Shown: positions 54,285 to 64,000 of the stretch, piece after piece
How positions within the stretch are numbered: position 1 is the stretch's first letter
Layout: the number at the start of each line of letters is the position of its first letter
Source: Octopus vulgaris
Lineage: Eukaryota
Direction of reading: 5' to 3'
DNA length: 64,000 nucleotides
NCBI GenBank assembly: GCA_951406725.2
Contig: OX597814.1
Location: 178,064,001 to 178,128,000, forward strand
Position numbers and translations under genes: made by a program
Notes under the pieces: generated by a model
The model's input: the letters and a program-made list of their open reading frames with translations, nothing else
Told to the model about the DNA's origin: nothing
Databases searched by the model: none

Positions 54285-54488
54285 TGAGATTATATTTATC
54301 CCTATATAATTTTAAGCTATGGCATCATAATATGCCTAAACACGTGGAGATTTGACGGAGTGCATCATTACGAAATATATTGTAGCTTACTTTCGAAATA
54401 CTATTGCCCCTTATCAGTGTGGATTACTCAACACTTTTGCATCGAAATTTATGCGACTTTTGATGTTATCTATTCAACATAATACTCT

Positions 54489-54518
<30 letters not shown>

Positions 54519-54520
<2 letters not shown>

Positions 54521-54897
54521 ATCCAAACAAGAAAACACAACAACGCGAGGACATGGAACAAATATAGTATTATTGGACGCTCAGGAAAGAAGGAAAGAAG
54601 GGGGGTTCAACGTTTCGAGCGGAGCTCTTCGTCGGAAACATAGGAGAAGGAAAGATCCAGAGAAGGGAAGACAGAGGAAAAAAATCGCCAACGGTACACA
54701 ATGTGACAGCGTGTGCATAGTTGGCGATTTTCTTTCTCCGTCTTCCCGTCTTTGGATTTTAAAAAAATATTTCTAACGAAGAGCTCCGCTCGAAACGTGG
54801 AATCCTGTTTCTGTTCTTTCCTTTCCTGGGCGTCCAATAACACTGTACCTATTCCACGTCCTCCCCGTTTTTGTTTTGATTGTTCATGTTTGGATTA
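54519..54897. mobile_element. self-inverted element with a minimal hammerhead in each arm
   Basis: Ends TAATCCAAACA / TGTTTGGATTA; arms of about 175 bp share gaggac.tggaa, ttattggacgc.caggaaag, acgtttcgagcggagctcttcgt, aaaatcgccaac. (TA)n on both flanks. Confidence 0.88.
54605..54639 (-). ncRNA. minimal type I hammerhead motif (U4C variant)
   Basis: GUUU-CCGACGA-A-GAGC(UCC)GCUC-GAAAC-GUU-GAAC. Partner on the plus strand at 54769-54803: AUUU-CUAACGA-A-GAGC(UCC)GCUC-GAAAC-GUG-GAAU. Confidence 0.7.
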
Positions 54898-54903
54898 TCG
54901 ATC

Positions 54904-54938
<35 letters not shown>

Positions 54939-54940
<2 letters not shown>

Positions 54941-55234
54941 AGGCGCAATGGCCCAGTGGTTAGGGCAGCGGACTCGCGGTCGTAGGATCGCGGTTTCGAT
55001 TCCCAGACCGAGCGTTGTGAATGTTTATTGAGCGAAAACACCTAAAGAGCTCCACGATGCTCCGGCAGGGGGGGGGGTGATCCCTGCTGTACTCTTTCAC
55101 CATTCTTTCTTCTGTTGGCCTGCACGCTTAGCCAGCAGGGTGGCGTCATTCGAAAGCTAAAACAATGCGAACGCATTGTGACCAGCGATGTGTAACAACG
55201 TCTGATGGTCTGGTCGGTCACGTGATCACGTGAT
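54939..55234 (+). mobile_element. SINE family C head with tail type 2
   Basis: Same head to CTCTTTCACCA (about 55102), then an unrelated tail ending GGTCACGTGATCACGTGAT. Confidence 0.88.
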
Positions 55235-58200
55235 ATTTATATATATATATATTCATATATGTATGTGTGTGTGTATGCATGTGTGCATGATTATATGTAT
55301 CTCCACCTTTCATCAATAGCAGCCGAGTGTTCATCAATTGAAACCATACCATTTTAGTAAGAGGGAGGTAACAGATTATATAGTCACGTTTAAACCAAAT
55401 CTAAAATAAGGAACAGGAGTTTCATATATAGAAATACTTGACCTAGGGTTTTCTCGATGATAACTACACTGGTGGTAAAGAAGAACAAAAACAACAACAA
55501 ACTAAGCATTTAAAAGTCTCATATTCAAAATATTAAGGAAATCAAATCAAGGATGAATTGTTAAGCTCACTGCACAACCGGAGTTCTTTGCATATTAATT
55601 ATCGACTGCAGAATCCCATTTAACTTAAAATTTTGTATTGTTTGCATGTTCAGACAAGAGAGCGCATAAAAGTTTACTGTTTCGTTTGTAATATTGGTTA
55701 TTATCACAAGCAGCTCCGCGAAAAAATGCATTCTTTTTATTTGCTCGAACGTCATTCTGGCATTATCGATTGGTAATTCCCCCTAAGGTAAATCTTTATA
55801 CGCTTTTAGACCTCGATGGATTTTTTACCATTTCATATAGCTTTTCATTGAAACGCAATGAAAAGAAGATTGAGTGAGTAGCCTCGAACAACTTCACACA
55901 TTATTTCATTATTTAATCTGGTTTTTAGACTATTATATCAGACATAAAATTAAGGCTTTATAATTGACTAAATATTAATTAAAAGCTAGAGGTTTTGACA
56001 AACTGATTTATAATTTTGAAGTCAAATAAAAATATTCTGTATGAATTTTTATGTGATTGTATGATTTTTAAACATATAGACATACATACAAAGATCCATC
56101 CATACATAATAATACACACACACATACATACATATACATCTATACATACACGCATATATATGATGACTACCGGTGCCATATGACGCTGGTAATTACTATA
56201 CAAAATCCTATGAAACATGAATATTTATGAATACGTGAATCATTCATAATTGAATATGGGAATAGAAGTATTGAGTGATCCATGGAAAGTATAACTTAAA
56301 TCGCTAATGGGCTAGTATATCATGTATCTTCAGTTCAAATCAATACATATCACTATACAATAAATATGTTATCATATAAGAACATATGCAGAAATCCTGT
56401 AGTATATAACAACATAAATCTCTTATATGTAGAGAGAATTACTGAATACGTGATGTATCCGGTGAATATACGTTTTCCTACTGAATATAACTTATGTGAC
56501 TCCCAATATGTATATGTATATATATATATCTGTGTGTGTGTGCGCGTATATATGCATATATATATGTGTATATATATTTGTATACATATTTATATATTTA
56601 TATATATATATATTATATGTATATATTTTTTGTGTGTATGTATATATGTATATATAAGTATGTATATATATATATATATATATGTGCCTGTGTGTGTGTA
56701 TAAGAATTATACCAAGACAAATTCATTCGCAAAACGAATACATAACGAATGTAGTGTAATCTACCTACGTTGTAAAACACAGTGAGTCATCCTATAGCTA
56801 CCCGGGTGTTCACGTGCACCTTGAATCCTGGAACGATCGCATGCGAACATAAAACCACACACACATAATCATATGCACATACACATACATAAGTAGATAT
56901 GTTTTATGTTGTTGACCAAACAAATTTGCTTCATGATCACATTCACTTTGTGAGATTTAGAAATTAAAGCAAATCTCCGTAGAATGCATAATGCAGAATT
57001 AAACCAGTTCTTCTTTGAAAGCGCAACCTTATTTTTTAAGAATAAAACAATGATTATAACTAACAAAAATTGCTATTAGCGCCAAGCAAACTATAAGAAT
57101 ACCACAAAAGATAAGATATCCTTTCGTAGTGTAGACATGAGAAGAAATGCCGCTTTTTAAAAACTTTTTTCTTTCTATATACTTTTAAAATATTGTGCCA
57201 TAATATAACAACACGGGAAGGTTTGAAGGAGTGCGTTATCACAAAATATTTGGTAGCTACCTTTGTAAATAGCATTGCTTTATCAAATTTGCCCCTTCAC
57301 AAAATCTCCTCTCGCAGTAATTTCTAGGATGCTGCCGCAGCGAGCAACAACTGCCGAATATTTCCAGATACAAATGGAATAGAAATTTAAGCCTCCTTGA
57401 AAATCTCCCCTTGTAGACAATGCAAGGCGATAACCTATTTGCTCGATCTTAATAAGCAATCAAATATTTGTCCAAAGTACAAAAACAGTGATCATCAATG
57501 AATGTTTCTGAAAATAAGCACCTAATTAAATCTGAAATACGTACACAACATTGCTTAATACTTAAGCAACATTACTATTGTTGCCAATCTTCTACACTCG
57601 ACAGACTTCAACTTTTTAATCCCGTGTGCTGTACTTAAAGTGCACGCATACCTCTGACACAAATTTCTATATGACAAGGAGATAAATGAAATTTTTGTGC
57701 CTTACAGATCAAATAACTAATCCTTTTTTGCCAGATGTGAAAAACCTAGAAGCACTAAAACCACACCCTATCGATGAAGTGAACTGTTAGCTTCTAATAT
57801 GCTCAGCCAGCTGCATTCAGTAAATTTTAACGTTCTCTATATTTCCAAACAAGAATTTTTTGTTTTCTTTAGGTGATCTCAGCCATTCGACTGCGGACAG
57901 AATGATGCATGACCACCAAGTATTTATTCGATCATATCGATCTTATTAGGTATTTACTTAATCTATTTGACGAACCGCTAGCAACACCAGATTTTAAACG
58001 CTTTAAAAATCAAAAGTAAATATACACACACATACTACTGTATGGATTATCTTATGACTGTGTATAAGTTTATATGTATACACATGTAAGTACGTATAAT
58101 TGTGTATACACTAATGTATGAACGGATGGCTGCATCGATAGATAGGTGTATACACCACGAACTTTCGCCTACTTTCTATATTTCAGAGAGCATTGAAATC

Positions 58201-59864
58201 GAAGTTACTGCTAGGAACCAGTCAACGCATTGCATGCAAAATGAATTACTTAATCATAAAGACAAACTTGCATATATACCTCTCTCCCTATTCATTTATT
58301 TCTCTCACTCGCTGTCTCTCTCACTCACTGTCTCTCTCACTCTCTTTCTCTCTCTCTCTCTTCCTCTCTCTCTCTTTCTTTCAATCTTCACACACACGTT
58401 ATGTGTATATATATATGCAAGAACGAAAATGTTATAACGTCAAGCATGGGATTCAAACATCCTATAACTATGCATTTGTATAAGTGTGTGTATGTGAGTG
58501 TGCGTGTGTGTGTGTGTATGTGTGTAGCGATACCATCAAATACTAAGTGTACTGCCATTACAGTGCTACGTTTCGGACACCTATGAGACAAATATGAAAT
58601 TAGGAATCGAAAGTTTTCTCTTTCAAAATTGCTAAATTTTGCGGATCATTGACGTCTTCATGTTTTAAAACTATTAAGACACAACAGAGTTTCAAAGAAA
58701 CTTCAATATTCTATGGGCTAGCCTTCATAAATATTTTTATGGATATTTAACGGATGCACATATGTGAGCAATATAGTATATTCCGTCAAATAGTATATGG
58801 TTAACTATAAAGAGTTGCTACTTTTAGAAAGCAGTGCATGCATGTGCATGTATGTGTGTCCGTGGCTGTGTATCTGTGCGTGTGAGCCCGTGTGTATGCA
58901 TGTAAGTATGTACAAGACCATGTTTTATGATCTCTTCAAAATTTACATTGCAAATCTTCATATACATTCTTAAAAAATAAGTAAAATAATTTTTAGCCTC
59001 ATTGCTTAGTTTCAAAGGTTTGTGGTAGGTCTGGTGCAACCTATTATACAGTATGGAACATCAGCACAAAGAACTAAATAGAATATATGAGACTCGGGAA
59101 ACTATCTGTGTTTTGTGTATAACGAAACGTGTAGAATATCAGAAAGCCAAAAAGGTTGAAGAAGTCAACGAACTTATCTCAAGAATTTGCGGTATATGTT
59201 CTGCGCATATATGTCTCTGTTGTGTGCTTACGTGTTTCTGTATGACTGTGTATATGAAATAAATGGGTGATAAATAAAACAAAAAACAGAAGCAAAAATC
59301 TAAGACTACAGTAAATTATCACGTTGTGCATGTGAAGGGTGAATTTAAAATGAGAATTAAGTGAAAACAAGGAGCAAAGAAAGAGAAATGGATTTTAAGC
59401 TTGGGTGTATATATAACTATGCTGCAAGATGCGAATGGGTAAATTACAACGAATGAAGATTTAGTGTATAAGAGATTTGAAAACGGTTGAGAGGAGAGAA
59501 GAGACGAGAGCGGAGGTACAGTAAGGTAGAGTTTGTATGCGTACAAATGGCTATATAAGATAAGCAGTAGATATAAAAATAATTGAAAAGAATATAAGCG
59601 TGAGGTACAATAGGTGGACCAGAAAGGGGTGGAGAGAAAGATGTATAGAGAAAATAAGAAATAAAGACAAAACGGGGAAAAAAGAGGCGGGAGGTGGTAA
59701 AGAGAAATACAGTGAAAGAAATGCTAGTTAAAGAGGAAATCGCACTGGAAATGATGGAAATATATGTTCGAAGAATGTATAAAATGAAGTTAATGATGAG
59801 ATATATGGGATCAGCTACTGAATGCCTGCACACACGCACAATTACTTACGCACATGCACACAAC

Positions 59865-59898
<34 letters not shown>

Positions 59899-60526
59899 AA
59901 CGAATGAACGAGGGCATGGAGATAAGAAGAGTATGAGAGGGAGTGAGAAAGAGACGTGTGTATGTGTATATTCCAGTGTTTGAGTGTGATTTATATACGT
60001 ATAGAAAGATGTCTGCAGAGGAAAAGCTGAGACATATAAATAGGTTAGGTAAAGAGAATAAATAAATTGTAACAAAAGGAAGAAAAGAGATATCAAGTAA
60101 AAGGATTGGATAATTCTTCTTAAATTTTGTCCATATTTTTGGAGTCTGCTAATTCTAGCAGATCGAAAAACCGCTTAAAGGTTTCGCATGTGCTGTTTCT
60201 ATGGTGACTTACACGACTTCAGATAAATTCGACAACTGAGCCTTCGACTGGCTAAAACTGATTAATCTTAAATGCTTGTAAATATTTTGCTAATTTCTAA
60301 AACAAAAGGCAGAAGAAATTCAACAAGATCCGGATTGCATATACAAGTCTTACATTGATATGCGAAATTAAGCCTTATCGATTCAAATACCAGTTTAGTA
60401 TAAATAAAACATGGTGAGAGACTGAAACGGAATAGACATCGAGAATGAGGCACAATCTGACATAGAGAGAGGGGTATCCCGAAAATAAACTTGTATAAAA
60501 CTACACACACACACACAAGCATGCAG

Positions 60527-60558
<32 letters not shown>

Positions 60559-60924
60559 ATATATAAGTATGCATAAGTATATGTATATATAGAACAGCTT
60601 TCAACAGACTCACTTTCTCAAAATATTTCTCTGCAAAGGGATTGGTGAAATCAATGCTATAGGCTATGGTAGCAAATACTTCACCGAATGTAGCCCACAG
60701 TGAGATGAAAGCACGAACTAGTAAACAACACATCACGTTTTGGGTCTATCTCTCTCTCTTTCCTTCTTCGTATATACATACACACGCATATATACATATA
60801 TACACACACACACACACCCACACACACACATATATATATATATACAGTTATATATGTGTATATATATATATATATATAGTAGAAATATGTTACAAAAAGA
60901 ACACATATGTATTTTTGTGTATCG

Positions 60925-61092
60925 GTCTTTGTCCCACTATCATCACGTGTCGTTATGTTTACGTCCCCTAGTGTTTCGGCAAAAGACACTGATAGAATAA
61001 GTACTGAGTTTACAAAGAATAAATCCTGGGATCGATTTCTTCGACTAAAGGTGGTGCTCTAACATTGCCGCAACTAAATGACTGAAACAAAA
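60925..61092 (+). mobile_element. SINE family B 3' half
   Basis: gtttacgtcccc..ttcggcaaaaga..gatagaataagtact..tcgactaaaggtggtgctc..aaatgactgaaacaa. Confidence 0.85.
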
Positions 61093-61106
61093 AAATTAAA
61101 ATATCC

Positions 61107-61146
<40 letters not shown>

Positions 61147-61964
61147 GTGTGTGTCCATCTACACGCGCATATGGAATGTGTATGTATGTTCTTTTGTGTG
61201 TGCTCGCGCGTTTGTGTATTTAAGAGTGTGTAGGAAAAAAATAGTTCTAGAAAGAATAAAACGAACAAAGAGGAGGGGAGCGTAATCGAGAGCGGATGGA
61301 GGTAGAGATAAAGTGGTAATATACGAATTTAAAAGAGAGAAGCGAAATGCAGAACCTATGTTTAACCGACATTAAAATAGGAAGGGAGGGAAAGAAAACC
61401 AGAATTAATGCATGAGAACGAGAATTTGATAGATAAAGAAATAGTAACGAAATAGGTATGAGATATGACGTAAGATTAATGAGATAGGTCAGTTAAGAGA
61501 CGAGAATAGGGAATGAAGTAAGATGGAAAATTTAAAGAATGAATTGAGAAGCATTTGTTTTGAAAAGCAGAGAGACAGAGAGGCAAATGTGCTATCGAGA
61601 AAGAGGTCGAAGGTGAGAGACGGAGTGGGGTATCGAATAATAATATGAGAAAGATAATTGATGGGGGAGATAGTAAATATTTTAGCTATATATATTAGAG
61701 GAGACTTATGAAATTCTGATGAGAAGAGAAGATACGATTAGAGACGAATAAATTGAGTGATCATGGGTGGGGAATAAGATGATGTTTAGAGAGATTATTA
61801 TCAGAGAAGTGGGACTGTAAGTTCTTGTGTGGAAATGAGGTAGAGAAATTTTTTATAGAAGAAAAATTTGAAAAATGTAACAATGAGAGCCATGAGGAAA
61901 TTGGTATTGTATATCGCGGCACCGACCAGACTATCGAATGTTCCTTTACATTACTGGTCACAAT

Positions 61965-62154
61965 ACTCCTCGAATTGTTCTAGTGATCAAGTGGCTAGGT
62001 GAACAGGCTAGCAACTGACATTGGGTTACTCATTTACAGAGTTGGAACGCCAAATGTAGTACTTTCCTCAAAAACCCAACGTGCGGCTTGGTCCGTAGAA
62101 TTGCACACACGATATAGTGATCATCCATACCGTATCCACTGGGCCACAAGTCTC

Positions 62155-62158
<4 letters not shown>
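61965..62158 (-). mobile_element. degenerate tRNA-derived CORE-like SINE (family D-like)
   Basis: Minus strand GGAGACTTGTGGCCCAGTGG head, tttttgaggaaagtactacat, ctgtaaatgagtaacc. Confidence 0.55.
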
Positions 62159-62200
<42 letters not shown>

Positions 62201-63003
62201 AGTGTGTGTGTGTCTCCTCTCTTGCTCTGGCACCTACTTTCTACACTCCTACCCACCCTCTCCGTTCCACCCTCTCCTTTCATTGTTACCCCCTCTCTCG
62301 TTACCCCACCCCTACACATTGCAACCCCACCATCCCTTATACATCTTTCCCACCCCATCCCATTCCTTATATATATATATATTCAAACTACAAACGCCTA
62401 CTCATGTGATCGATTACCTACGGACATCCCTATAATCATAAGCGTTAAACTCTCACTACTACAATTTGAGAGTCCACCAAAGGCAGCCATAAAAGCAAAT
62501 GCACATATACACCTGTGCATAAGTTTAAAAATTTAGACATCTGCCCAATCCTCTCACTTCAACGCCTCTCTCTCCACATATACCAACCCCATATCCCTAA
62601 AAAACAAACCCCGTTTTCCGGTAGTTAAAACCCACTCTGATATCTAGGCAAATGACATCAACTCCCACCGCATTTTGACCCTTTTTGTTTGTCATGTGTC
62701 TTATCCCATAAATGTGATTAGATACTTCGTCGTCCAGTCACAAAGGTCCCACTCCGTTTTTTATTATACCGGCTTATCTGGCAAGCACAATCTTAGGTAA
62801 ACATCTAATTACCTAATACCCTGTTCGAAATCGACTTGTAAGATCGGCTGAAATGCATCTATAATACTTGATTAATATACTTTCCCATGACAAATATGTA
62901 CAAGAGTATATTTAATAGAGCATTAGACAATATAGATATATGTGTATGTGTGCGCGCGCGTGTGTGTGTGTGCATACAATCTTGTTTTAATGCAGTGCAC
63001 ATC

Positions 63004-63107
<104 letters not shown>

Positions 63108-63531
63108 TACACACGCGTGGACATACACACAAACTTTAAACGTACACGCAAACACAAACAGATACGCACATACACACATATATGTTGGGTACCTCTGTTC
63201 ATATGCGCATCCATATATACGTAAGAAAGTCTGCAGTTACTCTATCCAGACTATAACTTAGAGATTTCTTGCAATAATGGTTTGAGCACTTGCATACGTG
63301 ACTAACTATCTCCGTACAAATCTTGAGAATCTGAGATTTACGCAACTGTTGAGAACCCGCTTAACCAAGAGATTAGTGTTAAAACCAACAAACTCACTTT
63401 CAAAATATGCAAAACATGAATTTTAACATGTACTAAATGCATCAACAACACATGCAGACGTGCAGCATTTGTTTGTATTACGTACATATGTCAAAGCATA
63501 CACATCCACATAAATAATGGCTTCCATGCAC

Positions 63532-63566
<35 letters not shown>

Positions 63567-63644
63567 TACATATATAAGAATATTTTGCGTAATGAGATAA
63601 AAAAAACAAGGCTGTGTAGATATTAGAAAATTTATAGACAGTAG

Positions 63645-63696
63645 GTCTTACAGCTGTTTCCAGGATATTTATTAATTATATCCCTTCATTGGAGAC
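63645..63696 (-). ncRNA. type I hammerhead motif, mutated core, in a Penelope pLTR-like remnant (about 63580-63960)
   Basis: GUCU-CCAAUGA-AGGGAUAU..AUAUCCUG-GAAAC-AGCU-GUA-AGAC: 4-bp stem I, palindromic stem III ACAGCUGU. Confidence 0.65.
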
Positions 63697-64000
63697 GGTG
63701 TGAGAGTATGGTTAAGTAATAGTTAGTTTAGATAGGATACAAAATAGAGTATGAGGTGGAGGAAAGAAAATAGATGTGATATATGTAGGGATATTGAAGT
63801 TGTAGATCCATTTTTTTGGCAGAATGGTATATATGTAAGATTCCAATACCTTATGAGTAAAATCCAACAGAATTTAAAATGGGTCATTGCAAGTACAGAA
63901 TTTATAAACAGTGTTGTAGAGTTAAAGGTTTTTATTAAATAAATACCTTTATTAAATATGATGATGATACTGATGATGTTGACGATGATATTAATGATGC

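Noticed and set aside
54939-55010. tRNA genes at the SINE C heads (also 41621, 49300, 24540)
   Set aside because: A/B boxes are present, but the sequence runs into a shared SINE body with TSDs and forms no proper acceptor stem.
60170-60225. Additional hammerhead (minus CUGAAGU...GCGAAACC); also CTGATGA at about 21228, 49821, 61716
   Set aside because: Core incomplete, or no stem II/GAAA/stem III arrangement.

Overview
AT-rich, microsatellite-saturated eukaryotic DNA with no recognisable host exon. It is probably intergenic or deep intronic sequence of a coleoid cephalopod (Octopus-like). This is inferred from the tRNA-derived SINE families and the (TA)n/(CA)n/(TAGA)n/(TAA)n density, not from a database search. 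Nearly all ORFs in the supplied track are translated microsatellites. Real content: (i) about 20 SINE copies from at least five families, several with clear target-site duplications, including one tRNA-like head joined to three different tails; (ii) three decayed Tc1/mariner elements; (iii) six R4/Dong-type RLE LINE fragments, four of them stacked head-to-tail in one (TAA)n locus; (iv) the main unannotated signal, about a dozen Penelope-type type I hammerhead-ribozyme motifs (CUGANGA...GAAAC-palindrome-GUH). One motif, at 40244-40321, has an intact core. Several sit in 250-430 bp self-inverted, ORF-less modules next to simple repeats, and almost all read on the minus strand. Coordinates were read by eye. 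No folding or homology search was run.
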